From Paragordius varius (Eukaryota > Animalia > Nematomorpha): DNA of 64,000 bases. The notes beneath the pieces were generated by a model. The model was not told where the DNA came from. It did no database searches and saw only the letters and a list, made by a program, of their open reading frames with translations. The translations under genes and the position numbers were made by a program. The stretch's first letter is position 1. Every line of letters starts with the position of its first letter. The stretch lies in the NCBI GenBank assembly GCA_964247055.1, contig OZ176051.1:1-64000 (forward strand), written 5' to 3'. Below are positions 22,601-37,200 of the stretch, piece by piece.

Positions 22601-25600
22601 AATTTTTAAAATATTTAAAAAATTTATTTTATACGATTTTAAAAATAAAAATGGCTACCTTAAAACCAAATTTGATCAGGTGATGTCACCATAATTTTTT
22701 TTGGGTAGCCCTATGGTAGTTCCATCATCACCCCAAATATTTTGGAGATCGGGCTATAAATGTAAATTTTATGAATTTTTTAAATATTAAAAAATTTATT
22801 TTATACGATTTTAAAAATAAAAATGGCTACCTAAAATCCAAATTTGATCAGGTGATGTCACCATAATTTTTTTGGGTAGCCCTATGGTAGTTCCATCATC
22901 ACCCCATATATTTTGGAGATCGGTTTATAAATGTAAATATTATGAATTTTTTAAATATTTAAAAAATTTATTTTATACGATTTTAAATATAAAAATGGCT
23001 ACCTATAATCCAAATTTGATCAGGTGATGTCGCCATAATTTTTTTTGGGTAGCCCTATGGTAGTTCCATCATCACCCCAAATATTTTTGAGATCGGACTA
23101 TAAATGTAATTTATATGAATTTTTTAAATATTTAAAAAATTTATTTTATACGATTTTAAAAATAAAAATGGCTACCTAAAATCCAAATTTGATCAGGTGA
23201 TGTCACCATAATTTTTTTTGGGTAGCCCTATGGTAGTTCCATCATCACCCCAAATATTTTGGAGATCGGGCTATAAATGTAAATTTTATGAATTTTTTAA
23301 ATATTTAAAAAATTTATTTTATATGATTTTAAATATAAAAATGGCTACCTAAAATCCAAATTTGATCAGGTGATGTCACCATAATTTTTTTTGGGTAGCC
23401 CTATGGTAGTTCCATCATCACCCCAAATATTTTGGAGATCGGGCTATAAATGTAAATTTTATGAATTTTTTAAATATTTAAAAAATTTATTTTATACGAT
23501 TTTAAAAATAAAAATGGCTACCTAAAATCCAAATTTGATCAGGTGATGTCACCATAAATTTTTTTGGGTAGCCCTATGGTAGTTCCATCATCACCCCAAA
23601 TATTTTTGTGATCGGACTTTAAATGTAAATTTTATGAATTTTTTAAATATTTAAAAAATTTATTTTATACGATTTTAAAAATAAAAATGGCTACCTAAAA
23701 TCCAAATTTGATCAGGTGATGTCACCATAATTTTTTTTGGGTAGCCCTATGGTAGTTCCATCATAACCCCAAATATTTTTGAGATCGGACTTTAAATGTA
23801 AATTTTATGAATTTTTAAAATAATTTATTTTATACGATTTTAAAAATAAAAATGGCTACCTAAAATCCAAATTTGATCAGGTGATGTCGCCATAATTTTT
23901 TTTGGGTAACCTTATGGTAGTTCCATCAAACCTTCAAATATTTTTGAGATCGGACTTTAAATGTAAATTTTATGAATTTTTTAAATATTTAAAAAATTTA
24001 TTTTATACGATTTTAAATATAAAAATGGCAACCTAAAATCCAAATTTGATCAGGTGATGTCGCCATAATTTTTTTTGGGTAGCCCTATGGTAGTTCCATC
24101 ATCACCTCAAATATTTTGGAGATCGGGCTATAAATGTAAATTTTATGAATTTTTTAAATATTTAAAAAATTTATTTTATATGATTTTAAATATAAAAATG
24201 GCTACCTAAAATCCAAATTTGATCAGGTGATGTCACCATAATTTTTTTTGGGTAGCCCTATGGTAGTTCCATCATCACCCCAAATATTTTGGAGATCGGG
24301 CTATAAATGTAAATTTTATGAATTTTTTAAATATTTAAAAAATATATTTTATACGATTTTAAAAATAAAAATGGCTAAATAAAATCCAAATTTGATCAGG
24401 TGATGTCACCATAATTTTTTTTGGGTAGCCCTATGGTAGTTCCATCATCACCCCAAATATTTTGGAGATCGGGCTATAAATGTAAATTTTATGAATTTTT
24501 TAAATATTTAAAAAATTTATTTTATACGATTTTAATAATAAAAATGGCTACCTAAAATCCAAATTTGATCAGGTGATGTCACCATAATTTTTTTTGGGTA
24601 GCCCTATGGTAGTTCCATCATCACCCCAAATATTTTGGAGATCGGGCTATAAATGTAAATTTTATGAATTTTTTAAGTATTTAAAAAATTTATTTTATAT
24701 GATTTTAAATATAAAAATGGCTACCTAAAATCCAAATTTGATCAGGTGATGTCACCATAATTTTTTTGGGTAGCCCTATGGTAGTTCCATCATCACCACA
24801 AATATTTTGGAGATCGGGCTATAAATGTAAATTTTATGAATTTTTTAAATATTTAAAAAATTTATTTTATACGATTTTAAATATAAAAATGGCTACCTAA
24901 AATCCAAATTTGATCAGGTGATGTCACCATAATTTTTTTTGGGTAGCCCTATGGTAGTTTCATCATCACCCCAAATATTTTGGAGATCGGGCTATAAATG
25001 TAAATTTTATGAATTTTTAAAATATTTAAAAAATTTATTTTATACGATTTTAAAAATAAAAATGGCTACCTTAAAACCAAATTTGATCAGGTGATGTCAC
25101 CATAATTTTTTTTGGGTAGCCCTATGGTAGTTCCATCATCACCCCAAATATTTTGGAGATCGGGCTATAAATGTAAATTTTATGAATTTTTTAAATATTA
25201 AAAAATTTATTTTATACGATTTTAAAAATAAAAATGGCTACCTAAAATCCAAATTTGATCAGGTGATGTCACCATAATTTTTTTGGGTAGCCCTATGGTA
25301 GTTCCATCATCACCCCATATATTTTGGAGATCGGTTTATAAATGTAAATATTATGAATTTTTTAAATATTTAAAAAATTTATTTTATACGATTTTAAATA
25401 TAAAAATGGCTACCTATAATCCAAATTTGATCAGGTGATGTCGCCATAATTTTTTTTGGGTAGCCCTATGGTAGTTCCATCATCACCCCAAATATTTTTG
25501 AGATCGGACTATAAATGTAATTTATATGAATTTTTTAAATATTTAAAAAATTTATTTTATACGATTTTAAAAATAAAAATGGCTACCTAAAATCCAAATT

Positions 25601-28600
25601 TGATCAGGTGATGTCACCATAATTTTTTTTGGGTAGCCCTATGGTAGTTCCATCATCACCCCAAATATTTTGGAGATCGGGCTATAAATGTAAATTTTAT
25701 GAATTTTTTAAATATTTAAAAAATTTATTTTATATGATTTTAAATATAAAAATGGCTACCTAAAATCCAAATTTGATCAGGTGATGTCACCATAATTTTT
25801 TTTGGGTAGCCCTATGGTAGTTCCATCATCACCCCAAATATTTTGGAGATCGGGCTATAAATGTAAATTTTATGAATTTTTTAAATATTTAAAAAATTTA
25901 TTTTATACGATTTTAAAAATAAAAATGGCTACCTAAAATCCAAATTTGATCAGGTGATGTCACCATAAATTTTTTTGGGTAGCCCTATGGTAGTTCCATC
26001 ATCACCCCAAATATTTTTGTGATCGGACTTTAAATGTAAATTTTATGAATTTTTTAAATATTTAAAAAATTTATTTTATACGATTTTAAAAATAAAAATG
26101 GCTACCTAAAATCCAAATTTGATCAGGTGATGTCACCATAATTTTTTTTGGGTAGCCCTATGGTAGTTCCATCATAACCCCAAATATTTTTGTGATCGGA
26201 CTTTAAATGTAAATTTTATGAATTTTTAAAATAATTTATTTTATACGATTTTAAAAATAAAAATGGCTACCTAAAATCCAAATTTGATCAGGTGATGTCG
26301 CCATAATTTTTTTTGGGTAACCTTATGGTAGTTCCATCAAACCTTCAAATATTTTTGAGATCGGACTTTAAATGTAAATTTTATGAATTTTTTAAATATT
26401 TAAAAAATTTATTTTATACGATTTTAAATATAAAAATGGCTACCTAAAATCCAAATTTGATCAGGTGATGTCGCCATAATTTTTTTTGGGTAGCCCTATG
26501 GTAGTTCCATCATCACCTCAAATATTTTGGAGATCGGGCTATAAATGTAAATTTTATGAATTTTTTAAATATTTAAAAAATTTATTTTATGATTTTAAAT
26601 ATAAAAATGGCTACCTAAAATCCAAATTTGATCAGGTGATGTCACCATAATTTTTTTTGGGTAGCCCTATGGTAGTTCCATCATCACCCCAAATATTTTG
26701 GAGATCGGGCTATAAATGTAAATTTTATGAATTTTTTAAATATTTAAAAAATATATTTTATACGATTTTAAAAATAAAAATGGCTACCTAAAATCCAAAT
26801 TTGATCAGGTGATGTCACCATAATTTTTTTTGGGTAGCCCTATGGTAGTTCCATCATCACCCCAAATATTTTTGTGATCGGACTTTAAATGTAAATTTTA
26901 TGAATTTTTTAAATATTTAAAAAATTTATTTTATACGACTTTAAAAATAAAAATGGCTACCTAAATAAAAATGGCTACCTAAAATCCAAATTTGATCAGG
27001 TGATGTCACCATAATTTTTTTTGGGTAGCCCTATGGTAGTTCCATCATCACCCCAAATATTTTTGAGATCGGACTTTAAATGTAAATTTTATGAATTTTT
27101 AAAATATTTAAAAAATTTATTTTATACGATTTTAAAACTAAAAATGGCTACCTAAAATCCAAATTTGATCAGGTGATGTCACCATAATGTTTTTTGGGTA
27201 GCCCTATGGTAGTTCCATTATCACCCCAAATATTTTGGAGATCGGGCTATAAATGTAAATTTTATGAATTATTTAAATATTTAAAAAATTTATTTTATAC
27301 GATTTTAAAAATAAAAATGGCTACCTAAAATCCAAATTTGATCAGGTGATGTCACCATAATTTTATTTGGGTAGCCCTATAGTAGTTCCATCATCACCCC
27401 AAATATTTTGGAGATCGGGCTATAAATGTAAATTTTATGAATTTTTAAAATATTTAAAAAATTTATTTTATACGATTTTAAAAATAAAAATGGCTACCTA
27501 AAATCCAAATTTGATCAGGTGATGTCACCATAATTTTTTTTGGGTAGCCCTATGGTAGTTCCATCATCACCCCAAATATTTTGGAGATCGGGCTATAAAT
27601 GTAAATTTTATGAATTTTTTAAATATTTAAAAAATTTATTTTATACGATTTTAAAAATAAAAATGGCTACCTAAAATCCAAATTTGATCAGGTGATGTCA
27701 CCATAATTTTTTTTGGGTAGCCCTATGGTAGTTCCATCGTCACCCCAAATATTTTGGAGATCGGGCTATAAATGTAAATTTTATGAATTTTTTAAGTATT
27801 TATAAAATTTATTTTATATGATTTTAAATATAAAAATGGCTACCTAAAATCCAAATTTGATCAGGTGATGTCACCATAATTTTTTTTGGGTAGCCCTATG
27901 GTAGTTCCATCATCACCCCAAATATTTTGGAGATCGGGCTATAAATGTAAATTTTATGAATTTTTTAAATATTTAAAAAATTTATTTTATACGATTTTAA
28001 AAATAAAAATGGCTACCTAAAATCCAAATTTGATCAGGTGATGTCACCATAATTTTTTTTGGGTAGCCCTATGGTAGTTCCATCATCACCCCAAATATTT
28101 TGGAGATCGGGCTATAAATGTAAATTTTATGAATTTTTTAAATATTTAAAAAATTTATTTTATACGATTTTAAAAATAAAAATGGCTACCTAAAATCCAA
28201 ATTTGATCAGGTGATGTCACCATAATTTTTTTTGGGTAGCCCTATGGTAGTTCCATCATAACCCCAAATATTTTTCAGATCGGACTTTAAATGTAAATTT
28301 TATGAATTTTTAAAATAATTTATTTTATACGATTTTAAAAATAAAAATGGCTACCTAAAATCCAAATTTGATCAGGTGATGTCGCCATAATTTTTTTTGG
28401 GTAACCTTATGGTAGTTCCATCATAACTTCAAATATTTTTGAGATCGGACTTTAAATGTAAATTTTATGAATTTTTTAAATATTTAAAAAATTTATTTTA
28501 TACGATTTTAAATATAAAAATGGCTACCTAAAATCCAAATTTGATCAGGTGATGTCGCCATAATTTTTTTTGGGTAGCCCTATGGTAGTTCCATCATCAC

Positions 28601-31129
28601 CCCAAATATTTTTGAGATCGGACTATAAATTTAATTTTTATGAATTTTTTAAATATTTAAAAAATTTATTTTATACGATTTTAAATATAAAAATGGCTAC
28701 CTAAAATCCAAATTTGATCAGGTGATGTCACCATAATTTTTTTTGGGTAGCCCTATGGTAGTTCCATCATCACCCCAAATATTTTGGAGATCGGGCTATA
28801 AATGTAAATTTTATGAATTTTTTAAATATTTAAAAAATTTATTTTAACTGATTTTAAATATAAAAATGGCTGCCTAAAATCCAAATTTGATCAGGTGATG
28901 TCACCATAATTTTTTTTGGGTAGCCCTATGGTAGTTCCATCATCACCCCAAATATTTTGGAGATCGGGCTATAAATGTAAGTTTTATGAATTTTTTAAAT
29001 ATTTAAAAAATTTATTTTATACGATTTTAAAAATAAAAATGGCTACCTAAAATCCAAATTTGATCAGGTGATGTCACCATAATTTTTTTTGGGTAGCCCT
29101 ATGGTAGTTCCATCATCACCCCAAATATTTTTGTGATCGGACTTTAAATGTAAATTTTATGAATTTTTTAAATATTTAAAAAATTTATTTTATACGATTT
29201 TAAAAATAAAAATGGCTACCTAAATAAAAATGGCTACCTAAAATCCAAATTTGATCAGGTGATGTCACCATAATTTTTTTTGGGTAGCCCTATGGTAGTT
29301 CCATCATCACCCCAAATATTTTTGAGATCGGACTTTAAATGTAAATTTTATGAATTATTTAAATATTTAAAAAATTTATTTTATACGATATTAAAAATAA
29401 AAATGGCTACCTAAAATCCAAATTTGATCAGGTGATGTCACCATAATTTTTTTTGGGTAGCCCTATGGTAGTTCCATCATCACCCCAAATATTTTGGAGA
29501 TCGGGCTATAAATGTAAATTTTATGAATTTTTAAAATATTTAAAAAATTTATTTTATACGATTTTAAAAATAAAAATGGCTACCTAAAATCCAAATTTGA
29601 TCAGGTGATGTCACCATAATTTTTTTTGGGTAGCCCTATGGTAGTTCCATCATCACCCCAAATATTTTGGAGATCGGGCTATAAATGTAAATTTTATGAA
29701 TTTTTTAAATATTTAAAAAATTTATTTTATACGATTTTAAAAATAAAAATGGCTACCTAAAATCCAAATTTGATCAGGTGATGTCACCATAATTTTTTTT
29801 GGGTAGCCCTATGGTAGTTCCATCATCACCCCAAATATTTTGGAGATCGGGCTATAAATGTAAATTTTATGAATTTTTTAAGTATTTAAAAAATTTATTT
29901 TATATGATTTTAAATATAAAAATGGCTACCTAAAATCCAAATTTGATCAGGTGATGTCACCATAATTTTTTTTGGGTAGCCCTATGGTAGTTCCATCATC
30001 ACCCCAAATATTTTGGAGATCGGGCTATAAATGTAAATTTTATGAATTTTTTAAATATTTAAAAAATTTATTTTATACGATTTTAAAAATAAAAATGGCT
30101 ACCTAAAATCCAAATTTGATCAGGTGATGTCACCATGAATTTTTTTGGGTAGCCCTATGGTAGTTCCATCATAACCCCAAATATTTTTGAGATCGGACTT
30201 TAAATGTAAATTTTATGAATTTTTAAAATAATTTATTTTATACGATTTTAAAAATAAAAATGGCTACCTAAAATCCAAATTTGATCAGGTGATGTCGCCA
30301 TAATTTTTTTTGGGTAACCTTATGGTAGTTCCATCATAACTTCAAATATTTTTGAGATCGGACTTTAAATGTAAATTTTATGAATTTTTTAAATATTTAA
30401 AAAATTTATTTTATACGATTTTAAATATAAAAATGGCTACCTAAAATCCAAATTTGATCAGGTGATGTCGCCATAATTTTTTTTGGGTAGCCCTATGGTA
30501 GTTCCATCATCACCCCAAATATTTTTGAGATCGGACTATAAATTTAATTTTTATGAATTTTTTAAATATTTAAAAAATTTATTTTATACGATTTTAAATA
30601 TAAAAATGGCTACCTAAAATCCAAATTTGATCAGGTGATGTCACCATATTTTTTTTTGGGTAGCCCTATGGTAGTTTCATCATCACCCCAAATATTTTGG
30701 AGATCGGGCTATAAATGTAAATTTTATGAATTTTTTAAATATTTAAAAAATTTATTTTATATGATTTTAAATATAAAAATGGCTACCTAAAATCCAAATT
30801 TGATCAGGTGATGTCACCATAATTTTTTTTGGGTAGCCCTATGGTAGTTCCATCATCACCCCAAATATTTTGGAGATCGGGCTATAAATGTAAATTTTAT
30901 GAATTTTTTAAATATTTAAAAAATTTATTTTATACGATTTTAAAAATAAAAATGGCTACCTAAAATCCAAATTTGATCAGGTGATGTCACCATAATTTTT
31001 TTTGGGTAGCCCTATGGTAGTTCCATCATCACCCCAAATATTTTTGTGATCAGACTTTAAATGTAAATTTTATGAATTTTTTAAATATTTAAAAAATTTA
31101 TTTTATACGATTTTAAAAATAAAAATGGC

Positions 31130-34100
31130 TACCTAAATAAAAATGGCTACCTAAAATCCAAATTTGATCAGGTGATGTCACCATAATTTTTTTTGGGTAG
31201 CCCTATGGTAGTTCCATCATCACCCCAAATATTTTTGAGATCGGACTTTAAATGTAAATTTTATGAATTTTTAAAATATTTAAAAAATTTATTTTATACG
31301 ATTTTAAAACTAAAAATGGCTACCTAAAATCCAAATTTCATCAGGTGATGTCACCATAATTTTTTTTGGGTAGCCCTATGGTAGTTCCATTATCACCCCA
31401 AATATTTTGGAGATCGGGCTATAAATGTAAATTTTATGAATTTTTTAAATATTTAAAAAATTTATTTTATACGATTTTAAAAATAAAAATGGCTACCTAA
31501 AATCCAAATTTGATCAGGTGATGTCACCATAATGTTTTTTGGGTAGCCCTATGGTAGTTCCATCATCACATCAAATATTTTGGAGATCGGGCTATAAATG
31601 TAAATTTTATGAATTTTTAAAATATTTAAAAAATTTATTTTATACGATTTAAAAAATAAAAATGGCTACCTAAAATCCAAATTTGATCAGGTGATGTCAC
31701 CATAATTTTTTTTGGGTAGCCCTATGGTAGTTCCATCATCACCCCAAATATTTTGGAGATCGGGCTATAAATGTAAATTTTATGAATATTTTAAATATTT
31801 AAAAAATTTATTTTATACGATTTTAAAAATAAAAATGGCTACCTAAAATCCAAATTTGATCAGGTGATGTCACCATAATTTTTTTTGGGTAGCCCTATGG
31901 TAGTTCCATCATCACCCCAAATATTTTGGAGATCGGGCTATAAATGTAAATTTTATGAATTTTTTAAATATTTAAAAAATTTATTTTATACGATTTTAAA
32001 AATAAAAATGGCTACCTAAAATCCAAATTTGATCAGGTGATGTCACCATAATTTTTTTTGGGTAGCCCTATGGTAGTTCCATCATCACCCCAAATATTTT
32101 GGAGATCGGGCTATAAATGTAAATTTTATGAATTTTTTAAATATTTAAAAAATTTATTTTATACGATTTTAAAAATAAAAATGGCTACCTAAAATCCAAA
32201 TTTGATCAGGTGATGTCACCATAATTTTTTTTGGGTAGCCCTATGGTAGTTTCATCATCACCCCAAATATTTTGGAGATCGGGCTATAAATGTAAATTTT
32301 ATGAATTTTTAAAATATTTAAAAAATTTATTTTATACGATTTTAAAAATAAAAATGGCTACCTTAAAACCAAATTTGATCAGGTGATGTCACCATAATTT
32401 TTTTTGGGTAGCCCTATGGTAGTTTCATCATCACCCCAAATATTTTGGAGATCGGTTTATAAATGTAAATATTATGAATTTTTTAAATATTTAAAAAATT
32501 TATTTTATACGATTTTAAATATAAAAATGGCTACCTAAAATCCAAATTTGATCAGGTGATGTCGCCATAATTTTTTTTGGGTAGCCCTATGGTAGTTCCA
32601 TCATCACCCCAAATATTTTGGAGATCGGGCTATAAATGTAAATTTTATGAATTTTTTAAATATTTAAAAAATTTATTTTATACGATTTTAAAAATAAAAA
32701 TGGCTACCTAAAATCCAAATTTGATCAGGTGATGTCACCATAATTTTTTTTGGGTAGCCCTATGGTAGTTCCATCATCACCCCAAATATTTTGGAGATCG
32801 GGCTATAAATGTAAATTTTATGAATTTTTTAAATATTTAAAAAATTTATTTTATACGATTTTAAAAATAAAAATGGCTACCTAAAATCCAAATTTGATCA
32901 GGTGATGTCACCATAATTTTTTTTGGGTAGCCCTATGGTAGTTTCATCATCACCCCAAATATTTTGGAGATCGGGCTATAAATGTAAATTTTATGAATTT
33001 TTAAAATATTTAAAAAATTTATTTTATACGATTTTAAAAATAAAAATGGCTACCTTAAAACCAAATTTGATCAGGTGATGTCACCATAATTTTTTTTGGG
33101 TAGCCCTATGGTAGTTCCATCATCACCCCAAATATTTTGGAGATCGGGCTATAAATGTAAATTTTATGAATTTTTTAAATATTTAAAAATTTATTTTATA
33201 CGATTTTAAAAATAAAAATGGCTACCTAAAATCCAAATTTGATCAGGTGATGTCACCATAATTTTTTTTGGGTAGCCCTATGGTAGTTCCATCATCACCC
33301 CAAATATTTTGGAGATCGGGCTATAAATGTAAATTTTATGAATTTTTTAAATATTTAAAAAATTTATTTTATACGATTTTAAAAATAAAAATGGCTACCT
33401 AAAATTCAAATTTGATCACCCAAATATTTTTGAGATCGGACTTTAAATGTAAATTTTATGAATTTTTAAAATATTTAAAAAATTTATTTTATACGATTTT
33501 AAAAATAAAAATGGCTACCTAAAATCCAAATTTGATCAGGTGATGTCACCATAATTTTTTTTTGGGTAGCCCTATGGTAGTTCCATCATCACCCCAAATA
33601 TTTTGGAGATCGGGCTATAAATGTAAATTTTATGAATTATTTAAATATTTAAAAAATTTATTTTATACGATTTTAAAAATAAAAATGGCTACCTAAAATC
33701 CAAATTTGATCAGGTGATGTCACCATAATTTTTTTTGGGTAGCCCTATGGTAGTTCCATCATCACCCCAAATATTTTGGAGATCGGGCTATAAATGTAAA
33801 TTTTATGAATTTTTTAAATATTTAAAAAATTTATTTTATACGATTTTAAAAATAAAAATGGCTACCTAAAATCCAAATTTGATCAGGTGATGTCACCATG
33901 AATTTTTTTGGGTAGCCTTATGGTAGTTCCATCATAACCCCAAATATTTTTGAGATCGGACTTTAAATGTAAATTTTATGAATTTTTAAAATAATTTATT
34001 TTATACGATTTTAAAAATAAAAATGGCTACCTAAAATCCAAATTTGATCAGGTGATGTCGCCATAATTTTTTTTGGGTAACCTTATGGTAGTTCCATCAT

Positions 34101-37100
34101 AACTTCAAATATTTTTGAGATCGGACTTTAAATGTAAATTTTATGAATTTTTTAAATATTTAAAAAATTTATTTTATACGATTTTAAATATAAAAATGGC
34201 TACCTAAAATCCAAATTTGATCAGGTGATGTCGCCATAATTTTTTTTGGGTAGCCCTATGGTAGTTCCATCATCACCCCAAATATTTTTGAGATCGGACT
34301 ATAAATTTAATTTTTATGAATTTTTTAAATATTTAAAAAATTTATTTTATACGATTTTAAATATAAAAATGGCTACCTAAAATCCAAATTTGATCAGGTG
34401 ATGTCACCATAATTTTTTTTGGGTAGCCCTATGGTAGTTCCATCATCACCCCAAATATTTTGGAGATCGGGCTATAAATGTAAATTTTATGAATTTTTTA
34501 AATATTTAAAAAATTTATTTTATATGATTTTAAATATAAAAATGGCTACCTAAAATCCAAATTTGATCAGGTGATGTCACCATAATTTTTTTTGGGTAGC
34601 CCTATGGTAGTTCCATCATCACCCCAAATATTTTGGAGATCGGACTTTAAATGTAAATTTTATGAATTTTTAAAATATTTAAAAAATTTATTTTATACGA
34701 TTTTAAAACTAAAAATGGCTACCTAAAATCCAAATTTCATCAGGTGATGTCACCATAATTTTTTTTGGGTAGCCCTATGGTAGTTCCATTATCACCCCAA
34801 ATATTTTGGAGATCGGGCTATAAATGTAAATTTTATGAATTTTTTAAATATTTAAAAAATTTATTTTATACGATTTTAAAAATAAAAATGGCTACCTAAA
34901 ATCCAAATTTGATCAGGTGATGTCACCATAATGTTTTTTGGGTAGCCCTATGGTAGTTCCATCATCACATCAAATATTTTGGAGATCGGGCTATAAATGT
35001 AAATTTTATGAATTTTTAAAATATTTAAAAAATTTATTTTATACGATTTAAAAAATAAAAATGGCTACCTAAAATCCAAATTTGATCAGGTGATGTCACC
35101 ATAATTTTTTTTGGGTAGCCCTATGGTAGTTCCATCATCACCCCAAATATTTTGGAGATCGGGCTATAAATGTAAATTTTATGAATATTTTAAATATTTA
35201 AAAAATTTATTTTATACGATTTTAAAAATAAAAATGGCTACCTAAAATCCAAATTTGATCAGGTGATGTCACCATAATTTTTTTTGGGTAGCCCTATGGT
35301 AGTTCCATCATCACCCCAAATATTTTGGAGATCGGGCTATAAATGTAAATTTTATGAATTTTTTAAATATTTAAAAAATTTATTTTATACGATTTTAAAA
35401 ATAAAAATGGCTACCTAAAATCCAAATTTGATCAGGTGATGTCACCATAATTTTTTTTGGGTAGCCCTATGGTAGTTCCATCATCACCCCAAATATTTTG
35501 GAGATCGGGCTATAAATGTAAATTTTATGAATTTTTTAAATATTTAAAAAATTTATTTTATACGATTTTAAAAATAAAAATGGCTACCTAAAATCCAAAT
35601 TTGATCAGGTGATGTCACCATAATTTTTTTTGGGTAGCCCTATGGTAGTTTCATCATCACCCCAAATATTTTGGAGATCGGGCTATAAATGTAAATTTTA
35701 TGAATTTTTAAAATATTTAAAAAATTTATTTTATACGATTTTAAAAATAAAAATGGCTACCTTAAAACCAAATTTGATCAGGTGATGTCACCATAATTTT
35801 TTTTGGGTAGCCCTATGGTAGTTTCATCATCACCCCAAATATTTTGGAGATCGGTTTATAAATGTAAATATTATGAATTTTTTAAATATTTAAAAAATTT
35901 ATTTTATACGATTTTAAATATAAAAATGGCTACCTAAAATCCAAATTTGATCAGGTGATGTCGCCATAATTTTTTTTGGGTAGCCCTATGGTAGTTCCAT
36001 CATCACCCCAAATATTTTGGAGATCGGGCTATAAATGTAAATTTTATGAATTTTTTAAATATTTAAAAAATTTATTTTATACGATTTTAAAAATAAAAAT
36101 GGCTACCTAAAATCCAAATTTGATCAGGTGATGTCACCATAATTTTTTTTGGGTAGCCCTATGGTAGTTCCATCATCACCCCAAATATTTTGGAGATCGG
36201 GCTATAAATGTAAATTTTATGAATTTTTTAAATATTTAAAAAATTTATTTTATACGATTTTAAAAATAAAAATGGCTACCTAAAATCCAAATTTGATCAG
36301 GTGATGTCACCATAATTTTTTTTGGGTAGCCCTATGGTAGTTTCATCATCACCCCAAATATTTTGGAGATCGGGCTATAAATGTAAATTTTATGAATTTT
36401 TAAAATATTTAAAAAATTTATTTTATACGATTTTAAAAATAAAAATGGCTACCTTAAAACCAAATTTGATCAGGTGATGTCACCATAATTTTTTTTGGGT
36501 AGCCCTATGGTAGTTCCATCATCACCCCAAATATTTTGGAGATCGGGCTATAAATGTAAATTTTATGAATTTTTTAAATATTTAAAAATTTATTTTATAC
36601 GATTTTAAAAATAAAAATGGCTACCTAAAATCCAAATTTGATCAGGTGATGTCACCATAATTTTTTTTGGGTAGCCCTATGGTAGTTCCATCATCACCCC
36701 AAATATTTTGGAGATCGGGCTATAAATGTAAATTTTATGAATTTTTTAAATATTTAAAAAATTTATTTTATACGATTTTAAAAATAAAAATGGCTACCTA
36801 AAATTCAAATTTGATCACCCAAATATTTTTGAGATCGGACTTTAAATGTAAATTTTATGAATTTTTAAAATATTTAAAAAATTTATTTTATACGATTTTA
36901 AAAATAAAAATGGCTACCTAAAATCCAAATTTGATCAGGTGATGTCACCATAATTTTTTTTTGGGTAGCCCTATGGTAGTTCCATCATCACCCCAAATAT
37001 TTTGGAGATCGGGCTATAAATGTAAATTTTATGAATTATTTAAATATTTAAAAAATTTATTTTATACGATTTTAAAAATAAAAATGGCTACCTAAAATCC

Positions 37101-37200
37101 AAATTTGATCAGGTGATGTCACCATAATTTTTTTTGGGTAGCCCTATGGTAGTTCCATCATCACCCCAAATATTTTGGAGATCGGGCTATAAATGTAAAT
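31130..37200. repeat. Tandem ~3.4-kb (20-monomer) duplication within the satellite
   Basis: Private variants are repeated at a 3399-bp offset: catcatcacatcaaat at 31561 and 34960, and the 53-bp-deleted monomer tttgatcacccaaat at ~33414 and ~36813. Confidence 0.85.
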
